From positions 1 through 54,520 of the forward strand of contig JBKDQQ010000054.1 of assembly GCA_046341775.1 (NCBI GenBank): 54,520 nucleotides of DNA. The letters run 5' to 3'. This document shows, piece by piece, positions 1 through 9,364 of the stretch (position 1 is the first letter of the stretch; each line of letters begins with the position of its first letter). The DNA is from Planctomycetia bacterium (GTDB lineage Bacteria; Planctomycetota; UBA1135; GCA-002686595). The position numbers were made by a program, and so were the translations under genes. The notes below the pieces were generated by a model. The model ran no database searches. It saw only the letters and a program-made list of their open reading frames with translations, and was not told the origin of the DNA.

Positions 1-213
1 GTCGATGCGCGCCACTCCCTCGGTGGGCGGCAGGATCGAGGCGAGCATGCGCAGCGTGGTCGTCTTGCCCGCGCCGTTCTGTCCGAGCAGGCCGAACACC
101 TCGCCCTGTCGCACGGCGAGGGCGACGCCGGGCACGGCCTCCACGCGGCCGCGCTTGGGATCGTGGTAGCTCTTCTTGAGGCCGATGGCCTCGATGGCGA
201 GTTGGGGATTCAT
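1..213 (-). CDS. ABC transporter ATP-binding protein (N-terminal 71 aa only; the gene continues past the window start)
   Basis: Reverse-complement translation from the ATG at 213-211 gives MNPQLAIEAIGLKKSYHDPKRGRVEAVPGVALAVRQGEVFGLLGQNGAGKTTTLRMLA, with the Walker A motif GQNGAGKTT. It lies directly downstream of the permease on the same strand. Confidence 0.8.
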   Translation of the reverse strand, partial: MNPQLAIEAIGLKKSYHDPKRGRVEAVPGVALAVRQGEVFGLLGQNGAGKTTTLRMLASILPPTEGVARID

Positions 214-220
214 GCTGACC

Positions 221-1485
221 TCAGGCGGCCTTCCCGCCGCGCGACGCGAACCACGGACGAGCGCCTTCCTCGCGCTGCAGGAACCAGGTCGCGCCGCGCA
301 CGGCGACCAAGGCCAGGACGAGCACGGATGCGGCGGCGATGGCGTACTCGAGCGGCGCCGCGCGACCCTTCAGCAGGTCGCGGAAGGCCAGCACCACGTT
401 GACGACCGGCACGCAGGCGAGCGCGGGGGTCAGCGCCAAGCCCGGGAGCGCGCCCGCCATCGCCGGCAGGTAGAAGAACAACTGCAACGGCCCGAGCGCG
501 GCCTGGCCTTCCTTGAACGTCTTGGCGCGCGAGGCGAAGACCATCATCGTCGCCGCGACGAAGAAGGCGAACAGCAAGGCCAGCGGAGCGATGGCCACGA
601 AGGCGGTCCACGGCACCTCGAACTGCAGTTGCGCGCCGCCGCCCTTGAGCATGCCCAGCAAGTGGCCCACAGACAGGCCCATCGCCAGCACGTTGAGCAA
701 GGTCGCCAGCATCGCCAGCGCCGCCACCGCGAGGATCTTGCCCTGCAGCACTGTCGAGCGCGTCACCGGCAGCAGCAGCGTCGTGTCGTGCGTGCCGCGC
801 TCGCGCTCGCCCGCCGTGGCGTCGATCGCCGGGTAGAAGGCGCCGGAGAGGGTCATCATCACCATCAGCATCGGCAGCAGGAAGCTGAGCAGGAACGCGG
901 CCTTGTCCTCCTGCGGAGCGAGGTCGCGCCGCGCCTCGACGACCAGCGCGTCGAGCGCGTCCGCCCCCAATCCGGCGTCGCGCGCGCCTGCCTGCCGCAG
1001 ATCCTCCGCCAGGCGCTCGAGTCGCGGCAGCAGCCGGCGCACGGCCAGTTCGCCCTTGCCACGGGTCGAGTCGTGCACGAGCAGCGCCCCTTCGGCTCGC
1101 GGGCCGCAGAGCACCGCGTCGGGGCCGTCTTCTTCCGCGAACCACGCGCGCGCCGCGTCCTCGCCGCCTTGGCGCGCCGCGAGCACCTCGACCGGTTCCA
1201 GCGGCCGCGCACCGGGAGTCGCGGCCGCGTTCGGCCCGCCGCGCATCGCATCCTCGAGGCGCTGCCGGTCGGCCGGCGCGAGATCGGCCGGCTCGACCAC
1301 GCCGACGCGCACCAGCGCGTGCTGCTCGCGTCCGCGCACGACGAGGAACACCTGCACCACCACGAACAGCAGCACCGGGTACAGCGCCAGCGGCAGCAGC
1401 ACCGCGTAGACCATCGTCATGCGGTCGCGCAACGACGACAACAGCTCGGCGTGCGCGATGCGCAGGCTGGCGGCGAGGGGGCTCA
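221..1485 (-). CDS. ABC-2 family transporter permease with a large extracytoplasmic loop
   Basis: Minus-strand ORF 221..1651. The most plausible start is MSPLAASL at 1485. There are multiple hydrophobic TM segments (LLSFLLPMLMVMMTLSGAFYP, FVAIAPLALLFAFFVAATMMVF). It is followed 7 bp downstream by the ABC ATPase. Confidence 0.65.
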
Positions 1486-1601
1486 TGCGGGGGCGCGCGC
1501 TTCGCCCGATCGGGCGGGGCGCGGAGAGGATACGGGCGCGGGCGCGACGGTTTCGAGCCAGCGAGTCGAATTCGCGCGCCCGATCCCGCCACGCGCACCC
1601 G

Positions 1602-2879
1602 TCAGGGCGCCTTCCAATCCACGGGCCATTCGCCAAAGTGGTCGGCTCCACCCTCGACCACGACGACGATGTCCTCGAGGCGCACGCCGTAGCGTCCCTC
1701 GCGGTACACGCCCGGCTCGTCGGAGAAGGTCATGCCGGGCTCCAGCACGACCTCGCTGCCGCCGTCGAAGTAGGGGTCCTCGTGCCCCTCGACGCCGATG
1801 CCATGGCCGAGCCGGTGGGTGAGCGCCTCGTAGCCTGCGCCGAACCCGGCGCGTTCGAGCACGGCGCGAGCGGCCGCGTCGACATCCTTGCAGCGCGCGC
1901 CCGGCTTGATCGCCGCGTAGGCCGCCTGCTGCGCGTCGCGCGTCGCCGACCATGCGCGCCGCGCCTCCTCCTCCGGCTCGCCCTCGACGCACCAGGTGCG
2001 CGTATGGTCGCTCTGGTACTCGAGCAGCGTCGCGCCCGTGTCGACGAGCAGCAAGTCGCCGCGCGCGATGGGGCGCGGCGAGTTGTCGCCGTGCGGCAGC
2101 GCCGCGCTCTCGCCCACGAGCGCCAGGCACCACGAGCCCTTCATCGACAGCGCGGCGTGAGCCGCCGCCATGCGCGCCGCCACTTCGTCGCCGTCGATCC
2201 CCGGCTCGAGGGTCGCGGCCACGGCCGACAGGGCGAGCTGCGTCAACTCGTTCGCGCGCCGCAGCAGCGCCAACTCGTGCGCGTCCTTCCTGGCGCGCAG
2301 GTCGACGAGCCACAGGTCGCCCAGCGCGATGCGGCCGTTCCACTCGCGCGCGAGGCGGCCGACGTGCACGTGGCGCACGGCGTTCTCCACGAGGAGCGTG
2401 GCGACGCGGCGTCGCTCCAGTTCCGCCGCCAGCGGCCGCGATGGATGCTCGTGCTCCTGCCACGCGACGATCTCGCCGCCGCACTCGGCGATCTTGCCGC
2501 GCACGCGCGAGGCCTCGAAGGCCGGGCAGATCCACGCGTGCGAACCGTCGGCCAGCAGCAGCAGCGCGAAGAGTCGTTCGCTGCGCCCGAACGAGACCCC
2601 GGTCAACCACGCCATCGTCGCGCCGGGCTCCACGAGCACCGCGTCCGCGCCATGCGCCGCCAACAGTCGTGCCGCGCGCGCGCGGCGCTGCGCCCGCTCG
2701 GCCGCCGAGATGGGCGACTGGCCGTGCGCCACGCGCTCGAGGTGCGCGAAGAGCTCCGCGCGCGCGGCTCCCTGGTCCGCGGCGCGCGCGGGATCCTCCT
2801 TCCTGCCCACGGCGCCGCAGGCGGCGGCGGTGGTGGCGGAGGCGATGAGCAAGGCGCGACGGTCGAGGTGCATGGCCAT
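1602..2879 (-). CDS. M24 family metallopeptidase (Xaa-Pro dipeptidase/aminopeptidase-like) with an N-terminal Tat-like/lipobox-like signal
   Basis: M24 metal-ligand blocks LLLVDTGATLLEYQSDHTRTW, HRLGHGIGVEGHEDP, GMTFSDEPGVY and RLEDIVVV. The start MAMHLDRRALLIASATTAAAC (RR motif plus Cys) is at 2879. Confidence 0.8.
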   Translation of the reverse strand: MAMHLDRRALLIASATTAAACGAVGRKEDPARAADQGAARAELFAHLERVAHGQSPISAAERAQRRARAARLLAAHGADAVLVEPGATMAWLTGVSFGRSERLFALLLLADGSHAWICPAFEASRVRGKIAECGGEIVAWQEHEHPSRPLAAELERRRVATLLVENAVRHVHVGRLAREWNGRIALGDLWLVDLRARKDAHELALLRRANELTQLALSAVAATLEPGIDGDEVAARMAAAHAALSMKGSWCLALVGESAALPHGDNSPRPIARGDLLLVDTGATLLEYQSDHTRTWCVEGEPEEEARRAWSATRDAQQAAYAAIKPGARCKDVDAAARAVLERAGFGAGYEALTHRLGHGIGVEGHEDPYFDGGSEVVLEPGMTFSDEPGVYREGRYGVRLEDIVVVVEGGADHFGEWPVDWKAP

Positions 2880-2974
2880 GGGGCCAGCGTAGCCGCGCGC
2901 CACTTCGGCGGCCAAGGCGGCGACTCGCGCAAAATCTCGCGTGATTTCTTCAATTTCGCATTTGTGGGACTCCG

Positions 2975-3544
2975 ATGCACCCCGCCATGGAACCGCGACC
3001 GGCGGAAGGACTTGCGGAGCGGCGGCTGGATTCGCCCAAGTCGGGCGGCACCTTCGGCGCCCTGTGGACGGGGACAAAGATCGGCGCCCTGTGCGTGGCG
3101 CTGTACGCGTCCTTGTTCCACGTCTCCATCGTGCGCGGAGGATCGATGGCCCCGGGCATCCACGATGGCGATCGCATCCTCGTCGACCAGCTCAGCCCGG
3201 TCCTGGGTTCGGTCGCGCGCGGCGACATCGTGATCCTGCGGTGCCCGCTCGATCCGCGCTACGACTACATCAAGCGCGTGGTCGCGCTGCCCGGCGAGAC
3301 CGTGGAGGTGCGCCACGGGCGCGTGTGGATCGACGGCCTCGAACTCGACGAGCCGTACGTCGAGCGCCAGGACCCGCGCAGCGCGCTGCGCATGGTCGTG
3401 CCGGACGACTCGTACTTCGTCATGGGCGACAACCGCCGCCACTCCTCGGACAGCCGCGAGTTCGGCGTGGTCGCCGGCGAGCAGTTGCTCGGGGTCGTGG
3501 GGGTGCGCCTGTGGCCGTTGGAGCGCGCCGGCGCGCTGCCTTGA
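2975..3544 (+). CDS. lepB: signal peptidase I (S26 family)
   Basis: Conserved blocks are present: SMAPGIHDGDRILVD (Ser nucleophile), YIKRVVALPGETVEV (Lys), VMGDNRRHSSDSREFG (GDNR box). Confidence 0.85.
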   Translation: MHPAMEPRPAEGLAERRLDSPKSGGTFGALWTGTKIGALCVALYASLFHVSIVRGGSMAPGIHDGDRILVDQLSPVLGSVARGDIVILRCPLDPRYDYIKRVVALPGETVEVRHGRVWIDGLELDEPYVERQDPRSALRMVVPDDSYFVMGDNRRHSSDSREFGVVAGEQLLGVVGVRLWPLERAGALP

Positions 3545-3579
3545 GGGCGGTGGTCCCCGGCCTCCGCTAGGATGGCGGC

Positions 3580-4302
3580 ATGGCCTCCGGACCGGTCGTC
3601 CTCGTCGTGGGTGCGTCGCGCGGCATCGGCGCCGCCTGCGTCGCCGAGTTCACGCGCCTCGGAGCCCGCGTCCACGGCACTTGGCGCAGCGACGGCTCCA
3701 ATGCCGAGCGCTTGCAGTCGCTGCTCGGCGCGCGCGCCTGGCGCTGCGACCTCGCCAAGCCGCAGGACGCGCCGGCGGTGGTCGAAGGCGTCGTGGCCGC
3801 CGAGGGTCGGCTCGATGCGCTGGTCGTGGCGGCCGGCGACTACTTGCCCGGGACCTTGGAGGACCACGGCAGCGGGCGCATTGAGGCGCAGCTCGCCGCG
3901 CAGGTGGTCGGTCCCGCGCGCGTCTTCGAGGCCGCGCGCCCGCACGTGAGGGCCTCGCGCGGCGCGGTCGTCTTCTTCGGCGTGGCTGGACTCGACGGAC
4001 TGCGTGGACGACGCCGCAGCGCGGCCTACTGCGCGGCGAAGAGCGCCTTGCTCGTGCTGGTCCGATCCTGGTCGCTCGAGGAGGCGGCGCATGGAGTGCG
4101 CGTGAACATGGTCTCGCCCGGCGTGGTGCCGCATCCCGACGCGGACCAGGAGACCTTGGATCCGGCCATCCTCGCCAAGGTCCCGTTGCCCGGCGCGACC
4201 ACGCCGGGAGACCTCGCCAACGCGGTGCGCTGGTTGTGCTCCGCCGAGGCGCGCCATGTCACGGGGGTCGACCTGCCCGTGGCCGGCGGCTTCGCACTCT
4301 AG
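3580..4302 (+). CDS. SDR family NAD(P)-dependent oxidoreductase
   Basis: N-terminal Rossmann motif VLVVGASRGIGAA, a catalytic YxxxK (SAAYCAAK), and the typical C-terminal VNMVSPGVV. Confidence 0.85.
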   Translation: MASGPVVLVVGASRGIGAACVAEFTRLGARVHGTWRSDGSNAERLQSLLGARAWRCDLAKPQDAPAVVEGVVAAEGRLDALVVAAGDYLPGTLEDHGSGRIEAQLAAQVVGPARVFEAARPHVRASRGAVVFFGVAGLDGLRGRRRSAAYCAAKSALLVLVRSWSLEEAAHGVRVNMVSPGVVPHPDADQETLDPAILAKVPLPGATTPGDLANAVRWLCSAEARHVTGVDLPVAGGFAL

Positions 4303-4487
4303 GCCGCGCAGGCTCCGGTCGCGATCCGGAACTTCCTTCCAAGCGCGCGGACGGCAGGGCGGGAACGCGCCTCAAGGGCGCCTGCTCGACCTGCCGATGC
4401 ACTGGCGTCGGCGCACATCCCCAAGGTCTTGCCGCGCGCGAGGTTGACTCGCGCGCGCGCGGTCCTGACCATGGCGCCGCGACGAAC

Positions 4488-5381
4488 ATGGTCGACTACG
4501 GTGCGGTGCGCTTCGAGGGCGACGACGGTGGGCTCTTCGGGCCCGCCGAGATCGAGCATTTCCTGCGCACGGAGCACGAGCGGGCGCGGCGCTACAAGTA
4601 CCCGGTGGTCTGCAGCGTGCTGGCCATCGACCGCCTCGACCAGTTGCAGGATCTCTACGGCTACGAGGCGCGCGAGACCATCGTCAAGAGCGTCGTGCGC
4701 GTCGTGCGCGCGGCCATGCGCGACTCCGACCTGCTCGGCCGCCTGGCGGGCGACCGCCTGCTCGTGCTGTGGTCGCACACGAACAAGGAGACGGGCGCGC
4801 TGCTCGCCAAGCGCCTGCTGGCGGCCGTCAAGCGCCAGTCGTTCGACCTCGACGGGCGCATGCTGAAGGTGACCGCCTCGGTGGGCGTGTCGCACAACGG
4901 CGCGGAGGACGCGCATTCGTTCGACACGCTCGTCGCCGTCGCGGAGGAGGGCCTGCTCGTGGCGCAGAAGGCCGGTGGCGACCGCCACGTCGAGACCGAG
5001 CTGTACCGGCTGCACGAAGCGCGTCGACGCGGCGCCGAGGCGGTGCCCGCGCCCATGCCGGCCGCGCCGGTCGCGTCCGCGCCGGCTCCGCGCGCCAGGC
5101 CGAGCTTGTCCGACGAACTCGTCGAGCGCGACCTGAAGATCGAACTGCTCGAGCGTCGCGTGGCGAAGTTGATGGCCATGCTCGACGTCTCCGAGGAGGA
5201 GTTGCGCCGCGTGCGTTCCGCGCGCCAGGTGGACGTGGGCGTGCCTTCGATCTACCGCGAGGTGCAAGGGCTCTCCGCCGACGCGGCGCAGCACGAGCGC
5301 AAGCGCGAGATGATGCGATCGATCTTCGAAGCCAACCTCGCCTTGCGCGCCAAGGCCAAGGAAGGCGACGCGGGCGCCTGA
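4488..5381 (+). CDS. degenerate GGDEF-domain protein with a C-terminal coiled-coil tail
   Basis: GGDEF-fold blocks (ERARRYKYPVVCSVLAIDRLDQL..., KVTASVGVS, LLVAQKAGGDRHV) but the GG(D/E)EF signature reads AGDRL. The C-terminal ~110 aa have heptad-like pattern (ELLERRVAKLMAMLDVSEEELRRV). The start MVDYGAV is at 4488, in frame with ORF 4236..5381. Confidence 0.7.
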   Translation: MVDYGAVRFEGDDGGLFGPAEIEHFLRTEHERARRYKYPVVCSVLAIDRLDQLQDLYGYEARETIVKSVVRVVRAAMRDSDLLGRLAGDRLLVLWSHTNKETGALLAKRLLAAVKRQSFDLDGRMLKVTASVGVSHNGAEDAHSFDTLVAVAEEGLLVAQKAGGDRHVETELYRLHEARRRGAEAVPAPMPAAPVASAPAPRARPSLSDELVERDLKIELLERRVAKLMAMLDVSEEELRRVRSARQVDVGVPSIYREVQGLSADAAQHERKREMMRSIFEANLALRAKAKEGDAGA

Positions 5382-5465
5382 GCCCCTCCGCGTCCGCGCC
5401 GCGGACGGCGATTGCTAGACTTCCACCACCCTTACCACACGGCTCCGAGCAACCACCATTCCGCC

Positions 5466-6503
5466 ATGACCACCCCCGACGCGAAGGACAAGGGCGTCCT
5501 CTACCTGGGCATCGACCTCGGCACTTCAAGGACCTCGGTGGCCGCCAGCAACGGCGTGCGCGAGACCGTCGCCTCCTACGTTGGCTACGCCAAGGATCCG
5601 GTGGCGTTGAAGAAGCTGGGCAAGGAGACGCTCTACGGCGACGAGGCCATCGCCAATCGCCTCTCGCTCAAGCTCTATCGCCCGTTGGCGCACGGCGTGA
5701 TCCAGGCCGACTCCGATCCGGAGGGCAACATGCGCGCGGCCACCGACCTCATCAAGGAGATCATCCGGCGCGCGCGGCCCAAGGCGGACGAGCTGGTCTA
5801 CGCCGTGATCGGCGCCCCGGCCCAGGCCTCGATCAAGAACAAGCAGGCGATCCTCGACGCGGCCCGTTCGACGGTGAACTCCGTCATGTTGTGCTCGGAG
5901 CCCTTCTCGGTGGCGTACGGCCTGGACATGCTCGACGACGTGCTCGTCGTCGACATCGGCGCCGGCACCACCGACATGTGCCGCATGCACGGCACGATGC
6001 CCGAGGACTCCGACCAGATCACCAACACCTACGCCGGCGACCACGTCGATTCCAGGCTCGCGGAGCTGATCAAGTCCACCTGCCAGGGCGCGGACTTCTC
6101 GAAGGAGATGGTCAAGGCGATCAAGGAGAAGCACGCTTCCGTGTTCGACGAGATGCCGCGCGCGCTGGTCAAGCTGCCCGTCATGGGCAAGCCGACCGAG
6201 TTCGACATCACCGAGCAGGTCAAGGCCGCCTGCCGCAGCATCGTTCCGCCCATCGTCGACGGCATCCAGCAACTCGTGGCCAGCTTCGATCCCGAGTTCC
6301 AGGAGCGGCTCAAGGGCCGCGTGCTGCTCGCCGGCGGCGGCAGCCAGATCAAGGGGCTCGACCACGAGGTCGAGCGGCAGATGCACGAGCGCCTCGGCTC
6401 CGGCCGGGTGATCCGCATCGAGGAGCCCGTGTACGGCGGCGCCAATGGCGCGCTCAAGCTGGCGCACGACATGCCGGCCGAGTACTGGGAGCAGCTCAAG
6501 TAG
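5466..6503 (+). CDS. MamK-family actin-like ATPase (MreB/ParM superfamily)
   Basis: Phosphate-1 GIDLGTSRTSVAAS; VGYAKDP; VIGAPAQAS; SEPFSVAYGLDML; phosphate-2 VVDIGAGTTDMC; AGGGSQIKGL; C-terminal AEYWEQLK. From memory this block pattern matches MamK better than MreB or FtsA. The ATG is at 5466, with a TTG alternative at 5412. Confidence 0.8.
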   Translation: MTTPDAKDKGVLYLGIDLGTSRTSVAASNGVRETVASYVGYAKDPVALKKLGKETLYGDEAIANRLSLKLYRPLAHGVIQADSDPEGNMRAATDLIKEIIRRARPKADELVYAVIGAPAQASIKNKQAILDAARSTVNSVMLCSEPFSVAYGLDMLDDVLVVDIGAGTTDMCRMHGTMPEDSDQITNTYAGDHVDSRLAELIKSTCQGADFSKEMVKAIKEKHASVFDEMPRALVKLPVMGKPTEFDITEQVKAACRSIVPPIVDGIQQLVASFDPEFQERLKGRVLLAGGGSQIKGLDHEVERQMHERLGSGRVIRIEEPVYGGANGALKLAHDMPAEYWEQLK

Positions 6504-6632
6504 TCCCGCGGCGCGTCGGCGCCGGCGGCAGGAACGGTCGGCCCCGCCGGATCGGACGATCCGGCGGGGCCGATTGTCAAGTATTCCGGACGAGGCTCGC
6601 GTCGCGCGCCTGCTTGCACGCCTTCGTCCGCG

Positions 6633-8429
6633 CTACTGGCCGCGCACGCAACTGCCCAGCGCCAGGAGCGCGTAGCTCGTGGCGAGGATCGGGTTGCCCT
6701 CGTACCAGCGCGGGGAGTTCTCGTTCAGCCACGAGCCGTCGTCCTTCCGCTGGATGGCGACGAGGCGTCCGGCTAGGTCCTTGCGCCACGAGCGCGACTC
6801 GCCGCGCGCGTCGACGATGTTCGCCTCGCCCGCCACCTCGAGCGTGCGCGCCATCGTCGAGAAGTAGTAGAAGAGGCCTTGGAACGCCGCCGAGGGATCC
6901 TCCGCGGCCTCGAAGCCGGGATTGACGTCGAGCGTGTAGTTGCGCCGCAGCCATTCGGATGCCGCCTTGACGCGCGGGTCGTCCTTCGGAACTCCGGCGA
7001 AGATGTAGCTCTTCAGGAGCGCGTAGGTCATCGACCCGTAGCTGCGCGGGATCTTGCGTCCGCCCTCGAGCTCGATGTAGCCGGCCATGCTCTGGCCCGG
7101 CGCGTAGGCGGAACCGCCGTCGTCCCCCGAGACGACCACCTTGCCGCCTTCGGGGATCCTCACGTCGTTGCGTTCCGAGCGGTTCTGGCAACGCTCCAGG
7201 AAGCGCAAGCTGCGCCGGAACGCCTCGTGGTCCTTGTCGAGTCCCGAGACCGACAAGGCCTCGAGCGCCATCTGGAGGTTCGACAAGTCCGGGCGTTCCG
7301 ACGAGCCGTAGCCGATGCCGCCGTAGTAGGGATGGTCCTCGGCGTAGTCGTCCTCGGGACCCAGTTGCAGCGCCACGAGCCAATCGCGAGCGCGCAGGAG
7401 CGCGGCGCGGTGGGACTCGCGCCCATCGGCCGCGAGCGCCATCACCGCCGCCGACGTGACGTAGTTGGCGACCTTGCCCTGGTGGATCGATCCATCGGGT
7501 TGCTGGAGGGAGACGAGCCAGGCGAGGCCGGCGTCGATCGTCGCCTGCACGCGCGGCTCGCGCGGCATCGGCGTCGCGAGCAGCGCGCCCAGCGCCATGG
7601 CGGTGATGCCCGCGTCGGGCTTGCCGGGCTCGCCCCACTTGCCTTCGTTGGCGATGGAGACGAGGAAGCGCGCACCTCCGGCCAAGGCGTCGAGCGCGGC
7701 TTGCTTGTCGGCCGGTTCGAAGGCGGCCAGCGGCTTGGCTCCCTTGGGGCCGGCGGCCGCCGGCTTGAGCACGGGGGCGGCGCGCACGAGCAGCACCGCC
7801 GCCTCCGCCGTGGCGCGCGCGGACCCGTCCCAGGAACCGTCGCTCCTGCGCTTGGAGAGCAGGTCGGTCGCGAGCTTGCGCACCGCCGCGCGCGACTCCG
7901 GCAGCGGTTGGTCGCCCCACGGCTCGGCCGACGACGCCTCGCCCAGGTGCTTGAGCGCCGCGCCCAAGGCGGCCTTGTTGGACTCGCTCGCGTGCAGCGT
8001 CAACGCCGCCGCCGCGAGGCGCGTCTGGCGCGTGCGATCCGCGCCGCTCGCGCCGGCGTCGGCGATCGATCCGTCCGGCGCCTGCCGCGCGACGAGGTAG
8101 TCGAGCGCGCGCTGCACGAACGGCCCGTCGATCGCCTGGTACTTGCGCGGGGACTCGCGCAGCGCGCGCAGCGCCAGCGCCGTGGTCGCCACGTCGGGCC
8201 CGTAGCCGCCGCTGTCGCGATCCTGCGCGTAGCGCAACCAGCGCAGCGCCTTGTCGATGTCCGGACCGAGGTCGAGCGTCGAGTCGACGCCCGCTTGCAC
8301 GGCCCCGGTCGCGGCCGGCCCCGTCGTCGTCGCGGGCGGAACCGCGGGCTGCGACCCTTGGTTGGAACGGGCCGTGGTCGCGAGGCAGGCGAGGAAGGCG
8401 ATCCCGCAGAGGTGGCGAAGGTTCGTCAT
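6633..8429 (-). CDS. secreted prenyltransferase/squalene-oxidase-repeat (alpha-alpha toroid) protein
   Basis: Signal peptide MTNLRHLCGIAFLACLATTARS. Repeated QxxDGSW/DGS motifs (RQAPDGSIAD, SKRRSDGSWDG, LQQPDGSIHQG, IQRKDDGSWLN) are typical of terpene-cyclase/prenyltransferase beta-subunit repeats. Confidence 0.7.
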   Translation of the reverse strand: MTNLRHLCGIAFLACLATTARSNQGSQPAVPPATTTGPAATGAVQAGVDSTLDLGPDIDKALRWLRYAQDRDSGGYGPDVATTALALRALRESPRKYQAIDGPFVQRALDYLVARQAPDGSIADAGASGADRTRQTRLAAAALTLHASESNKAALGAALKHLGEASSAEPWGDQPLPESRAAVRKLATDLLSKRRSDGSWDGSARATAEAAVLLVRAAPVLKPAAAGPKGAKPLAAFEPADKQAALDALAGGARFLVSIANEGKWGEPGKPDAGITAMALGALLATPMPREPRVQATIDAGLAWLVSLQQPDGSIHQGKVANYVTSAAVMALAADGRESHRAALLRARDWLVALQLGPEDDYAEDHPYYGGIGYGSSERPDLSNLQMALEALSVSGLDKDHEAFRRSLRFLERCQNRSERNDVRIPEGGKVVVSGDDGGSAYAPGQSMAGYIELEGGRKIPRSYGSMTYALLKSYIFAGVPKDDPRVKAASEWLRRNYTLDVNPGFEAAEDPSAAFQGLFYYFSTMARTLEVAGEANIVDARGESRSWRKDLAGRLVAIQRKDDGSWLNENSPRWYEGNPILATSYALLALGSCVRGQ

Positions 8430-8588
8430 GGCATCCAGATCTAGCCTCTCCGTGGTCGGGCGCACGCGCCGATTCGGCAAGACTTGTGCAGGCAGGAGGG
8501 TAATGCGCCCGCCGGGGGGGTCAAGGCGGCCGCCCTGGCGCGTCGCGGTGGGGGGGCGCGCTCGCGCGCGGATGGGGCTCGCGGCCCT

Positions 8589-8903
8589 TCAGGCGAGCTT
8601 CACCGCGGTGCCGTAGGCCAGCACTTCGGCGGCGCCCCGCGCGATTTCGCTCGAGGCGAAGCGCACGCCCACGACGGCGTCCGCGCCGGCATGGCGCGCC
8701 TGCTCGACCATGCGGTCCAGCGCTTGTTCGCGCGCCTGCGCCAGCACCGCCGTGTACTCGGGCAATTCTCCGCCCGCGGCGTTCTTCAGCAACGCGTCGA
8801 AGTCCGCCAAGGCGTGCGCGGCGCGCACGGACACCCCGCGCACGAGCCCCAGTGTCTCGCGGATCTCGCGCCCGGGCAGCGCGTCGGTGGTGGCGAGGAT
8901 CAT
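8589..8903 (-). CDS. YbjQ/UPF0145 family protein (heavy-metal-binding-like domain)
   Basis: 104 aa, MILATTDALPGREIRETLGLVRGVSVRA...GADAVVGVRFASSEIARGAAEVLAYGTAVKL. This is the characteristic YbjQ architecture. Confidence 0.85.
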   Translation of the reverse strand: MILATTDALPGREIRETLGLVRGVSVRAAHALADFDALLKNAAGGELPEYTAVLAQAREQALDRMVEQARHAGADAVVGVRFASSEIARGAAEVLAYGTAVKLA

Positions 8904-8911
8904 CGCGCGGC

Positions 8912-9364
8912 TCAGCGCTCCAGGTCGCGGTAGGGATCGAGGTGGCGCGTGGCGAGGCGCGCGCGCACCGCCCGCCACAAGAGGAACATGAAGCCCAGCA
9001 GCGCGCCCTCGAAGGCGTAGGCCATCCAGCGCGGCACGCGCGAGTACTCGCTCGTCAGGACGAAGTGCATGAACCCCACGAGGATGACGATGCCGGCGAA
9101 GAGCACCACGACGCCCAGCCAACGCAGCACGCGCGCGGTCGGCGTCGACTCGCGCGCTTCCCACGCCTCCAATGCCGCGTCGCGCGGGCTCCAGTTGCGC
9201 GCCATCAAGGCGAGCCGACGTTGCGCGGCGACCTCGGCGGCCAGCAAGGGTTCGCGCGCGAGGCGCGCCTCGAACGACTCGCGTTCGCCCGCCGGCAGTT
9301 CGCCGTCGGCGTGCATCATGGCCTGTTGCAGGTCGGCTTCGGACAGCGGTTGGTTCGCGCTCAT
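8912..9364 (-). CDS. membrane-anchored anti-sigma factor
   Basis: 150 aa. The N-terminal anti-sigma-like region is followed by two TM helices (VLRWLGVVVLFAGIVILVGFMHFVL, MAYAFEGALLGFMFLLW). Its ATG overlaps the sigma-factor stop by 4 bp (ATGA). Confidence 0.6.
   Translation of the reverse strand: MSANQPLSEADLQQAMMHADGELPAGERESFEARLAREPLLAAEVAAQRRLALMARNWSPRDAALEAWEARESTPTARVLRWLGVVVLFAGIVILVGFMHFVLTSEYSRVPRWMAYAFEGALLGFMFLLWRAVRARLATRHLDPYRDLER

Noticed and set aside
163-1822. Plus-strand ORFs 163..402 and 176..1822 overlapping the ABC-2 permease.
   Set aside because: Arg/His/Gln-rich nonsense translation. The opposite strand encodes a convincing multi-TM permease.
3265-4257. Minus-strand 330-aa ORF antisense to the SDR gene.
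   Set aside because: The opposite strand has a canonical SDR with Rossmann and YxxxK motifs. The antisense translation is low complexity.
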